Notes: generated by a model not told the origin, from the sequence alone. A stretch of 64,000 nt of DNA from an uncultured Clostridia bacterium (GCA_934778205.1 CAKVOD010000003.1:109890-173889); one strand, 5' to 3'; shown: positions 45,577 through 53,748, numbered from the stretch's first letter. Translations and numbers: made by a program.

Positions 45577-45627
45577 TTACATCACATTATACCCCCCCCC
45601 CCCTAGCAATTTTGTTCTAAAAATCAT
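45577..45627 (-). pseudogene. Relic translation start of the surface-protein gene: RBS + ATG + 16 codons running through the G12 tract
   Basis: AAGGAGATAAAATATT-ATG ATT TTT AGA ACA AAA TTG CTA GGG GGG GGG GGG TAT AAT GTG ATG TAA. RBS, ATG and TAGAACAAAA align with the 5' end of the gene starting at 60910 (GGGAGAAATATT-ATG AAA ATA GAA CAA AAA GGA GGT GTG GGT...). Confidence 0.5.
45592..45603. repeat. C12/G12 homopolymeric tract
   Basis: Twelve consecutive C on the plus strand (G12 on the coding minus strand), in an otherwise AT-rich intergenic region. TATAAT follows it immediately on the minus strand. Confidence 0.95.
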
Positions 45628-45712
45628 AATATTTTATCTCCTTGTTCTTTGACTTTTCACGTATATTTTACCACTATTTGCGATTTTTATCAAATGTTTT
45701 TCATATATTTAT

Positions 45713-45750
45713 GAAAAAAAGTTGCAAAATTCTGCAACTTTTCTTATTTT
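45713..45750. terminator. Bidirectional rho-independent terminator downstream of ileS
   Basis: AGTTGCA (45720-45726) pairs with TGCAACT (45733-45739) around a 6-nt loop. A7 lies on the left and a T-rich run on the right; on the minus strand the hairpin is followed by T7. Confidence 0.65.
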
Positions 45751-45789
45751 TTTTAGGATTTTATTTGATTTCGCTCTTCCGGGAGATTT

Positions 45790-45835
45790 CTCCGCTTCGG
45801 CGAGGGCTAACGCCTCCGCCTTCGGTCGAAATGAC
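45790..45835. repeat. Copy B of the conserved GC-rich intergenic element (copy A at 30797-30841)
   Basis: CTCCGCTTCGGCGAGGGCTAACGCCTCCGCCTTCGGTCGAAATGAC. It lies between the ileS stop (45903) and the terminator at 45713-45750, that is, inside the ileS 3' UTR if read on the minus strand. Confidence 0.75.
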
Positions 45836-45902
45836 AGTGGGTAGTGTTCCTATCCACGCTCAGCGCACTGATGAGATATGAGTTTCAAACCACTGTATAT
45901 GG

Positions 45903-48900
45903 TTATCTTTTTAGTTTTGCGGAAACTTTGTATCCGCGAAGGTCAAATTCGCGCGACATGTCGCAATCGGAAAGCAAAGTCATTTGACTCAAGGTTTCCT
46001 TTTCAATCGTGGACTTTTCGTCGTCGATGATTGACTGCATATAGTCGTCGGCACTTGATAGGTCGACAAAAATTCTGTCCGCTACATCAAAGCCTGCGTC
46101 TTTGCGGGCAACTTGGAGTGAGCGCAAAAGTTCACGCAAGATGCCTTCTTTTTCAAGTTCGGCGGAAAGTGAGGTATCAATTGCAACATTGATTGTTTCA
46201 ACGTCCGCTTTGATATTGTCATTGAACACATTAGTAATATCAAACATATTCTTTTCAAAGTCGACGTCAAAGTCACCGAGTTTGACGGCTTCATTGACAT
46301 CAAGTTTTGTCAAAATTTCTTTTGTTTGCTCAGGTGTCAATTTTGATATGAACTCTTTTGCTTCGTTGACTCTATTTTTGAGTTTTGCCCCTGCTGTTTT
46401 GAAGTTTAGGTGCAATACGCGTGTGCAGAGCGAATCAAAGTTTGGAAGATATTCAATTTCTTTAACATTGAGTTCGTTCTTGATAATTTGTTCAAAATCT
46501 TTACAAATGTCTTGCATATCGGTGTCAATATAAAGTGTTTTGATTGGTTGTTTTACTTTGATTTGTGCTTGGTTGCGCAAACTCAATGCAATTGTGATGA
46601 TTTCTCTCACTTTTTCACATTCAAGTAGTATTTTTTCATCGACTGCCAAATTTACTGGGAAGTCGCTCAAAAGCACGCTTTCTTCCGCTTGCCCATATTT
46701 TCTCACGAGGTTTTGCCACGTATATTCGGTCATAAACGGAATAATTGGCGCCATAACTTGTGTGATTGTTTTGATTGCGATGTAGAGGCTGTTATATGCG
46801 TCTACCTTGTCTTGTTCAAATCCGTCTTTCCAGAATCTACGACGACAAATTCTAATATAGAAATTGGAAACGTCGTCCATACACTTTTCAAATTCTTTTA
46901 TTACTGATACGGTATCGTTTGCATCATAGCGCTCGGACGCATAGTTTGCAAACGAATTAACGCGGGAAATTAGCCATTTGTCCATAAGGTTTGCACTTGT
47001 AAATTCGCCACTGCATTGTGGTTTATCGATTTCAGCATAGGTATTGAAGAACACAACTGCGTTGTGATATTGTAGTGTTTTTCTTCTTGCTTCCTCGCAA
47101 AGTGACATTGAAAAACGTACATCGTTTGAGGTTGGCGCACCTGCAAAGAGGTAACGGACAGCATCTGCCCCCAACTTTTCGGCAACTTCTTCAAACTGAA
47201 CTGAATTTCCTGAAGATTTCGAGAACTTGCTACCGTCCTCAGCAACGACTGCGCCATAACTCAAAACCTTTTCATACGGCGCGCGCCCAGTGAGCGTGAC
47301 GCTCATAAACAGCAATGAATAGAACCACAAGCGAATTTGCTCGCGCATTTCCATTACCACTTCAGCTGGGAATTGCTTTTCCCATTCCTTGCGATTTGTG
47401 AAGTAACCCAGTGTTGTGAAAGGCACAATGCCTGCGTCAAGCCAAACGTCACCGACTTGCGTTACGCGTTTAACTTTTTCGCCACAGCAAGGACAAACAA
47501 TTTCGATATCGTCGACATATGGGCGGTGCAATTCCTTGAGGTTGCTAAGGTCACGACCGCTCAACTTTTCCAAGTCCGCTTTACTTTCAACAACAGTTAG
47601 GTGACCGCATTTTTGACAAGGATAGAATGGGAGTGGCAAACCATAGTAGCGACTGCGCGAAATGTTCCAATCGCCCATATTGTTGAGCCAATCTTCCATA
47701 CGTTTTCTTGTATATTCTGGTTGCCAATCGACATTTTTGACTGCCTCCAAAAGTTGTGGGCGAATTTCGTCGGTTTTTATGTACCATTCGCGCACAAGGC
47801 GGAAGAATACTTGTGTTTTACATCTCCAGCAAATAGGATATTTGTGTGTGTGCATTTCGGTTTTGAAGAACTTTCCTTGTTTCTTGAGTTCCTCAAAAAT
47901 CTTTGGCGCGACGTCGGAGGCGTTGATTCCAGCAAAAATACCGTAATCTTCCAAAAGTTCGCCGTTGTCGTTGATAGGACAAATTGCAGGCAAGTCGTAT
48001 TTTTTGCCGAGTTCAAAGTCCTCAGCACCGCACCCCGGTGCGATGTGGACGACGCCTGAACCTTCGTCCGCGACGACTTCGTCCCACGCGATGACTTTGT
48101 GTTCTACGCCTTGTTGACATTTAAGTTCTGGGAAAAATGTTTCATAATGTAGCCCCAAAAGTTTGTCGCCTTTGAATTTGTCGATTACTTTGCGGTCTTT
48201 TGGCATATGAGGTAGCGCATTTTTTGCCAAAACTATTGGACGCACGCCCCCTTCATATTCGACTTTGACATACTCAAGTTCAGGATTGACTGCTAGTGCG
48301 ACGTTGCTAGTGAGCGTCCACGGCGTAGTTGTCCAAACCAAAATGTCAAAATCTTCTTCGACAACTTTTGCTTTTGCAAAAATTGTTTCGTGTTCTACTT
48401 CTTTATAAGAACCCGTCATTTCGTGTTCGGAAAGCGAAGTTCCGCAACGCGGACACCACGGCATCGGGCGGTCAGATTGCGTAATCCAGCCACGGTCGTG
48501 ACAAACTTTCAAAAAGTGCCAGATGCCTTCAATATTTTCATCCGTTTTCGTATAATATGAGTTATCCCAATCCATCCACTGCCCAAGTCGCTTGCTTTGC
48601 TCGGTGATGACTTTTGAGAATTTATCGACGCGTGCGACACACGCGCTTGTGAACTTGTCCATACCAAGTTTTTCAATGTCACGCTTATTTTTGAAGCCGA
48701 GTTCTTTTTCAACTTCGACCTCAACCCAAAGCCCTTGCCCGTCAAATCCATTGCGGTAGTGGCAGGAATACCCGCGCATACCTTTGTACTTTAGGTATGC
48801 GTCTTTTAGCGTTCTACCCCAGCAGTGGTGCAAACGCATACTGTTGTTGGCTGTGATTGGTCCGTCCAAAAAACGATAGGCAGTGCGCCCCGCGTTCTTT

Positions 48901-48983
48901 TTTTGTAGTTTTTTGAAGCAATCATTATCTTGCCAAAATTTGAGCATCTCAAGTTCTTGCTCAACAAATTTATTTTCGTCCAT
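45903..48983 (-). CDS. ileS: Isoleucine--tRNA ligase, long (type 2-like, 1026 aa) form with a non-canonical HIGH region
   Basis: It carries the editing-domain signature WTTTPWTLTSN, KMSKS as KFSKS, and a CP1/anticodon-binding layout and length typical of IleRS. The HIGH position reads GPITANNSMRLHHCWGRTLKD. Confidence 0.9.
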   Translation of the reverse strand: MDENKFVEQELEMLKFWQDNDCFKKLQKKNAGRTAYRFLDGPITANNSMRLHHCWGRTLKDAYLKYKGMRGYSCHYRNGFDGQGLWVEVEVEKELGFKNKRDIEKLGMDKFTSACVARVDKFSKVITEQSKRLGQWMDWDNSYYTKTDENIEGIWHFLKVCHDRGWITQSDRPMPWCPRCGTSLSEHEMTGSYKEVEHETIFAKAKVVEEDFDILVWTTTPWTLTSNVALAVNPELEYVKVEYEGGVRPIVLAKNALPHMPKDRKVIDKFKGDKLLGLHYETFFPELKCQQGVEHKVIAWDEVVADEGSGVVHIAPGCGAEDFELGKKYDLPAICPINDNGELLEDYGIFAGINASDVAPKIFEELKKQGKFFKTEMHTHKYPICWRCKTQVFFRLVREWYIKTDEIRPQLLEAVKNVDWQPEYTRKRMEDWLNNMGDWNISRSRYYGLPLPFYPCQKCGHLTVVESKADLEKLSGRDLSNLKELHRPYVDDIEIVCPCCGEKVKRVTQVGDVWLDAGIVPFTTLGYFTNRKEWEKQFPAEVVMEMREQIRLWFYSLLFMSVTLTGRAPYEKVLSYGAVVAEDGSKFSKSSGNSVQFEEVAEKLGADAVRYLFAGAPTSNDVRFSMSLCEEARRKTLQYHNAVVFFNTYAEIDKPQCSGEFTSANLMDKWLISRVNSFANYASERYDANDTVSVIKEFEKCMDDVSNFYIRICRRRFWKDGFEQDKVDAYNSLYIAIKTITQVMAPIIPFMTEYTWQNLVRKYGQAEESVLLSDFPVNLAVDEKILLECEKVREIITIALSLRNQAQIKVKQPIKTLYIDTDMQDICKDFEQIIKNELNVKEIEYLPNFDSLCTRVLHLNFKTAGAKLKNRVNEAKEFISKLTPEQTKEILTKLDVNEAVKLGDFDVDFEKNMFDITNVFNDNIKADVETINVAIDTSLSAELEKEGILRELLRSLQVARKDAGFDVADRIFVDLSSADDYMQSIIDDEKSTIEKETLSQMTLLSDCDMSREFDLRGYKVSAKLKR

Positions 48984-48991
48984 AATTTCCT

Positions 48992-50782
48992 CTATTTATC
49001 AAGCAAAACTGCTTTTATTCTACGAACATTTGCAGAACTGCTTTCTTCCTTTTTGATTTTGAATTTTACAAGTTCTCTTGTGTTGTTTACGTGTGGCCCA
49101 CTGCAAATTTCTTTGCTATATTTGCCGATTGTATAAACGGATACTTTATCTCCATATTTGTTATCAAACAACCCGATTGCGCCACTATGTTTTGCCTCGT
49201 CGGGTGTCATTTCTTCACGAATGACGTCGACACCTTCGGCAATGATTGAATTGACATAATCTTCAATTTCTTGCAATTCCTCAGGCGTGAGTTTGCGCGA
49301 AAAGTTGAAGTCGAAACGCAATCTTTCAGGAGTTATGTTGCTACCCATTTGGTGGACGTCGTCCCCCAAAAACTTTTTGAGCGCTGAATGCAACAAGTGT
49401 GTTGCGGTGTGAAGTTTGATTGTTTCGGGGTCGTGGTCGGCAAGCCCTGACTTAAAGACAGCTTGGTTTGCACCGCGCGACTCCTCTTTGTGGTGTTCTA
49501 GCAATTCTTCAAACGCTTTGTCATCGACCTTTATGTTATGCTCCTCAGCAAGTTCTTGCGTAATCTCAAGTGGGAAGCCGAATGTATCATACAACTTAAA
49601 GACAAGTTCGGTTTTTAGATATCCATTTTCAATATTATTTTCATCTTCAATATATTCGTTGAAAACCTTTAGCCCTTGTGAAAGCATTTTACTGAATTTG
49701 TCTTGCTCTGCTCTAAACTTTGCCAAAATCTCGTCCTTTGTAAAGTTCCATTCAGGCGCAAGCCCTGTATTTTCCATATTGTCAATCGTTTTGCTTGCGA
49801 TTGTTTCAAACATATCGTCGCCTGCCTCGATTGTTCTCAAGTGGCGCAATGCTCTGCGCATAAGACGGCGCAAAATGTAGCCCGCTTTGACGTTTGACGG
49901 CTCAACTTTCGCGTTCAAAATAATGACGCTTGTTCTAATATGTTCGCAAATAATGCGCAAACTGCGCTCGTTAGGGTTCTTTGAATTTTCGCGAAGATAA
50001 TTCATAATGTCGACAAAAATTTCAGTATCATAGACTGTGTCAAGACCGTTGAGTGTCAAGAGCATTCTTTCAAGTCCTGAGCCTGTGTCGACGGAGTTAA
50101 ATTTCAACTTGCTGTATGTTTTGTCAAGGTTTTTATAGTATTGCATAAACACGCCCGCGTTCCAAATCTCAAGATACCTTTTCTTTGTGTCGAAAAAGCC
50201 TGATTTTTCGTAACTTTCGCCGTGTTCGTCGCCTGTGTCATAAAAGACTTCGGTGCAAGGACCGCAAGGACCTTCCCCGTCGCCCATACTCCAAAAGTTG
50301 TCCTCAAATGGTAGTTTTATGATGTGCGATGGGTCAATGCCGACTTTTTCCCAAATGCCCGCGCTTTCTTCGTCCGCTGGAAGTCCTAGCGCTTCATCTC
50401 CGCTAAAGACTGTTGCATAAAGTTTTTCTTTTGGAATCTTGAAGCCCTCAGTCAATAACTTGAACGCATAACTAATTGCGCCCTTTTTGAAGTAGTCACC
50501 GATTGACCAACTGCCAAGCATATTGAAACTCGTCAAGTGGTGACGGTCGCCGACTGACTCGATGTCGTTTGTGCGAATGCAAGTTTGCACATTGCACATA
50601 CGCTTGCTGACTGGTTGTTCCTCGCCCGTAAAGCACTTTTTGATTGGCGCCATACCCGCGTTGATAAATAGTAGCGTTGGGTCGTTTTCAGGCACAATGC
50701 TTGAATTTTTTATTCTTGTGTGACCGTTTTCAGTAAAAAAGTTGATAAACGTGTCCAAAATTTGTTTTGCAGTGTATTTCAT
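48992..50782 (-). CDS. alaS: Alanine--tRNA ligase, short form (597 aa) ending after the editing domain
   Basis: MKYTAKQILDTFINFFTENGHTRIKNSSIVPENDPTLLFINAGM...RHHLTSFNMLGSWSIGDYFK is the AlaRS class II core. The editing motifs HTATHLLH and CSGPH are present. The ATG at 50782 follows AGGAGAG (the track ORF starts 75 nt earlier). Its stop is 8 nt before the ileS start. Confidence 0.88.
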   Translation of the reverse strand: MKYTAKQILDTFINFFTENGHTRIKNSSIVPENDPTLLFINAGMAPIKKCFTGEEQPVSKRMCNVQTCIRTNDIESVGDRHHLTSFNMLGSWSIGDYFKKGAISYAFKLLTEGFKIPKEKLYATVFSGDEALGLPADEESAGIWEKVGIDPSHIIKLPFEDNFWSMGDGEGPCGPCTEVFYDTGDEHGESYEKSGFFDTKKRYLEIWNAGVFMQYYKNLDKTYSKLKFNSVDTGSGLERMLLTLNGLDTVYDTEIFVDIMNYLRENSKNPNERSLRIICEHIRTSVIILNAKVEPSNVKAGYILRRLMRRALRHLRTIEAGDDMFETIASKTIDNMENTGLAPEWNFTKDEILAKFRAEQDKFSKMLSQGLKVFNEYIEDENNIENGYLKTELVFKLYDTFGFPLEITQELAEEHNIKVDDKAFEELLEHHKEESRGANQAVFKSGLADHDPETIKLHTATHLLHSALKKFLGDDVHQMGSNITPERLRFDFNFSRKLTPEELQEIEDYVNSIIAEGVDVIREEMTPDEAKHSGAIGLFDNKYGDKVSVYTIGKYSKEICSGPHVNNTRELVKFKIKKEESSSANVRRIKAVLLDK

Positions 50783-50993
50783 TCTCTTTTTTTCTCTCCT
50801 AATTTTCAATACTTTGGCGCAAAGCGCATAAGGGCAAACATTTTGTTTGCGTGACACAAATCAAATCACAACCCGCAAAGCAAAAAGATTAGCGTTTTAC
50901 TTTGTGAAAAATTGCAACATATAATGTGACTTTGGTTGCACCAAAATAAATACAATGCACCCGCGATTTGGCGCACGGGTGTAACTTATCAAT

Positions 50994-51022
50994 ATTTTAC
51001 AACATTACGACGTTTTTGTCAA
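50994..51022 (-). promoter_or_regulatory. Candidate sigma-A promoter of alaS-ileS
   Basis: Minus strand TTGACA (reverse of 51017-51022), a 17-nt spacer, then TAAAAT (reverse of 50994-50999). This leaves a leader of about 200 nt. Confidence 0.55.
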
Positions 51023-51217
51023 ACACTCTAGCACATATTATATAAAGTTCATTGCCAAAAATTTTCTTAAGTTGTTAAAATGACGTCCTAAGAATAGCAC
51101 ATTAAAAATTCACATCAACAAATATTTCCTTTATAACTGTTTTTACCACGACATATCTAGTTACAAGCAAGATATGGAATTGATTAAAGATTTCAAGAAT
51201 ATTACGCAAAAAGAAAA

Positions 51218-51259
51218 AGATGCTATTTTAGTTCTGCTCAAAAAATAGCATCTTTTTTT
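51218..51259 (+). terminator. Orphan rho-independent terminator upstream of the M1 peptidase gene
   Basis: 12-bp perfect stem AGATGCTATTTT (51218-51229) / AAAATAGCATCT (51242-51253) with a 12-nt loop, followed by T6. The only plus-strand ORF upstream is a 24-codon fragment (51174-51248). Confidence 0.6.
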
Positions 51260-51318
51260 GTAAAACTGGTAGTCTAAATCAAGCGCTACATTCATATTTA
51301 ATAGATAAGGAGAAATCT

Positions 51319-52836
51319 ATGTCTAAAAAAATACGATTGACGATTTGGAGCGCGGTGATACTTTGTGTAGTTGCGCTCATTTGCACGTTTGCGTTTTCGT
51401 CATACAAGGCGAACTCAGTTGTGTTGCGCGCTAGCAAGGAGGCAAACAACTACACGATTAATGCAATTTATAATGATGACACAAAAAGTTTGTTTGCGAC
51501 ACAGAGCGTGGACTACAAAAACACGAGTACGGACACTTTGAACAGTGTTAGTTTTCACTTGTACGCTAATGCGTTTCGCGACGGCGCGCAATTTAAGCCT
51601 GTTGGCGCGCTGACAAGCGAGGAGGCATACCCAAACGGCGAAAGTTTTGGCGGAATCACGGTCAAAAATGTCAAGGTCAACAACAAGGAAACGACTTTTG
51701 AGATTGGTGGCAAGGACAAGGATATTTTGATTGTGCCGATTGCGACGCAATTATTTCCTAACTCGCGCGCGACTATTTCGTTTGAATTTGATGTCAATTT
51801 GCCAAATATTCGCCACAGGTTTGGCTACACTGACAAGGCGGTCAATCTTGGCAATTTTTACCCGATAGCATGCGTTTACAAAAACGGCGCGTTTGACACG
51901 AGTCCATATAGTTATAATGGCGACCCCTTTTACTCCGATGTTTCAAATTACAAGGTAACTCTCACGTGTGCAGACGATTTTGTTGTTGCAAGCACGGGCG
52001 AAGCAAAGTCGAACTCCGCAAAGGACGGCAAGGTGGAACACGTGTTCACTGCCCTTGCGGTGCGTGATTTCGCGATGGTTTTGTCGCGCGATTTTAAAGT
52101 TTTGACGGGCAAGGCTGGCAAGACGGTTGTTAGTTATTATTCATACAAAGATGAGAACGCGGAAAAGTCACTTGAGACGTCGATAAAATCGGTCAATACC
52201 TTTAATAAACTTTTTGGCGAGTACCCTTACAATACGCTTGCGATTGTTGAAACGAGTTTTGTGCACGGCGGAATGGAATTTCCAAACATTGTGTATATTT
52301 CCGACGACTTGTCAAGTTATGAGGAATACACAAATGTGATTGTTCACGAAATTGCGCATCAGTGGTGGTATGGCGTGGTTGGCGACAATCAAAATGTTGA
52401 CGGCTGGATAGATGAGGGGCTGGCGGAATATTCTTGCATTCTTTTCTATGAAAACAACCCTGATTATCAAGAAACACGCGACAAGATTATTTCGAGTGAC
52501 CTAAAGTCGTATGTTTTATTTGTTGAGGTTTACGGCGATTTGTTTGAAAACTTTGACACGTCGATGACGCGCGCACTTACTGAATACAAGACTGAACCTG
52601 AATATACATATATGGCATATGTAAAATCGGTGCTGATGCTTGACAACATTCGCAACGTGGTTGGCGACAACAAGTTTATGTCTGCACTCAAAGATTTTTA
52701 TCGCGACAATGCAATGAACTTTGCGACGCGCGAAACTTTTATTCTTGCGTTTGAAAACGCGAGCAAGATGCCTTTGCGCGCGTTGATTGATTCTTGGCTT
52801 GACGGCAAAATCGTCATCACATCCGATGTGGCATAG
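51319..52836 (+). CDS. M1-family (gluzincin) metallopeptidase with an N-terminal signal/anchor
   Basis: 505 aa. It has RBS AAGGAG, an N-terminal helix (IWSAVILCVVALICTFAF), and a zinc motif HEIAHQWWYGVVGDNQNVDGWIDEGLAEY (HExxH-18-E). Confidence 0.85.
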   Translation: MSKKIRLTIWSAVILCVVALICTFAFSSYKANSVVLRASKEANNYTINAIYNDDTKSLFATQSVDYKNTSTDTLNSVSFHLYANAFRDGAQFKPVGALTSEEAYPNGESFGGITVKNVKVNNKETTFEIGGKDKDILIVPIATQLFPNSRATISFEFDVNLPNIRHRFGYTDKAVNLGNFYPIACVYKNGAFDTSPYSYNGDPFYSDVSNYKVTLTCADDFVVASTGEAKSNSAKDGKVEHVFTALAVRDFAMVLSRDFKVLTGKAGKTVVSYYSYKDENAEKSLETSIKSVNTFNKLFGEYPYNTLAIVETSFVHGGMEFPNIVYISDDLSSYEEYTNVIVHEIAHQWWYGVVGDNQNVDGWIDEGLAEYSCILFYENNPDYQETRDKIISSDLKSYVLFVEVYGDLFENFDTSMTRALTEYKTEPEYTYMAYVKSVLMLDNIRNVVGDNKFMSALKDFYRDNAMNFATRETFILAFENASKMPLRALIDSWLDGKIVITSDVA

Positions 52837-52841
52837 GCTGT

Positions 52842-53390
52842 TCATTTGCCGAAAAAGTTGTTGATGATTTCCACAAGTTTTGATTTGTAGTGAATGTTTT
52901 TGCTACCATCGTCCACACCGCCGACAAAGCACATTGGCGGATAGACGACACACCACCAGTTGTTGCCTTGACCTGTGCCGAGATTTAATATTAGTGCGTC
53001 ATAAAACCCACTTTCAAGCACAAGGTCGTCATATTGGCGGGTTGGAAACTTTTCTTTGCACACGCGCGCTGAGGAACTATAGTTATATCCTTCGCGTTTC
53101 AAGACGGCGTTTGCTACATTTTCGATAAGCGGTAAATTATTTTCGATAATTTCAACCGCTTTTTCTTTTGTCGTGGCGTCGACAAGCAATGGTGTCAAGG
53201 CGTCGACGACTGCACTTTTGACTTCGTATTTTACGAGTTGGTCGCATTCGTTATTGCTGTTTGCGCGGATATGTATTCTCAAATAGTCGGCTTTGTCGAG
53301 CCCTGCACTTTGTGGCTGAAATCCGCACACTGCCACGATGATTGCCACGAGTACTACTGCGCTTGCTATGATATAATTTACTGCGTTCAT
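52842..53390 (-). CDS. spoIIR: Stage II sporulation protein R
   Basis: 182 aa with a signal anchor. LRIHIRANSNNECDQLVKYEVKSAVV... and NWWCVVYPPMCF match the SpoIIR family signatures. Confidence 0.88.
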   Translation of the reverse strand: MNAVNYIIASAVVLVAIIVAVCGFQPQSAGLDKADYLRIHIRANSNNECDQLVKYEVKSAVVDALTPLLVDATTKEKAVEIIENNLPLIENVANAVLKREGYNYSSSARVCKEKFPTRQYDDLVLESGFYDALILNLGTGQGNNWWCVVYPPMCFVGGVDDGSKNIHYKSKLVEIINNFFGK

Positions 53391-53440
53391 ATTTTCACCT
53401 TCACGCCTATTATTGACACATACTATAACATTTATACGTG

Positions 53441-53748
53441 CGATGGCGCACTGCCACAGGTATTGTCAGTACAAGCAAATAATCGTCACGGACGGCGTGC
53501 GATTGTGCTTTCTATACGTATTTATTCTCGATGCGGTGGCAAGCGCCACTGGTGCAGGTACTGTCAGTACAAGCAAGTTGCTTATGAGGGCGACGCATTG
53601 CTATTCTTTCTAAATGTTTCGGTTCTCGATGGGTGGCAAAAGCCAAAGTTGCAGGTACTATCCCTACAAGCAAATAATCCTCACAGACGGCGTGCGATTG
53701 TGCTTTCTATACGCGTTTGTTCTCGTTGAGGTGGCGCACTGCCACAAG
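53441..53748. repeat. Tandem array of ~3.2 units of a ~97-bp repeat upstream of dinB
   Basis: The units are 53441-53530, 53531-53628 and 53629-53725, plus a partial unit to 53748. Each begins (C)GATG(G)-GTGGC..GCCAC hairpin-AGGTA(C/T)TGTC..TACAAGCAA and ends ..TTTCTA(T/A)A..TTT..TTCTCG. Units 1 and 3 share about 60 nt with only about 5 mismatches. Confidence 0.85.

Noticed and set aside
45577-45627. Simple translational ON/OFF switch, in which G-tract length brings the ATG at 45627 in frame with the 326-aa ORF.
   Set aside because: All three reading frames downstream of the tract hit a stop within five codons (TAA, TAA, TGA). The long open frame is itself preceded by TAA inside the TATAAT. 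Tract slippage alone therefore cannot fuse them in this sequence. The observation is kept as a finding only in the weaker form (relic start or possible promoter effect).
50783-50993. T-box riboswitch in the alaS-ileS leader.
   Set aside because: Only a weak resemblance (UUUUGGUGCAACCAAAG versus the AGGGUGGUACCGCG T-box core). I could not find a convincing terminator/antiterminator pair with a U-tract, a Stem I with a GCU specifier, or the AGAGA/GNUGNA elements. An Infernal scan with the T-box model would settle it.
53408-53437. Forespore-type (sigma-F/G-like) promoter GTATA-17-CAATAATA in front of spoIIR.
   Set aside because: The match to the GYATA / CATA.TA-type consensus is loose, it would leave a leader of only about 10 nt, and I cannot score it without a matrix. 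It is too weak to report as a feature.
53238-53729. 163-aa plus-strand ORF, and the nested 66-aa ORF at 53413-53613.
   Set aside because: The first part is antisense to the spoIIR 5' end and the rest reads straight through the tandem 97-bp repeats, so the protein would itself be repetitive. It has no RBS.
53441-53748. Possible CRISPR array, given regularly spaced repeats near a DNA-repair gene.
   Set aside because: The units are about 97 bp, abut one another with no unique spacers, and are 60-90% identical rather than near-identical. They recur in inverted orientation downstream of dinB. No cas genes are in the window.
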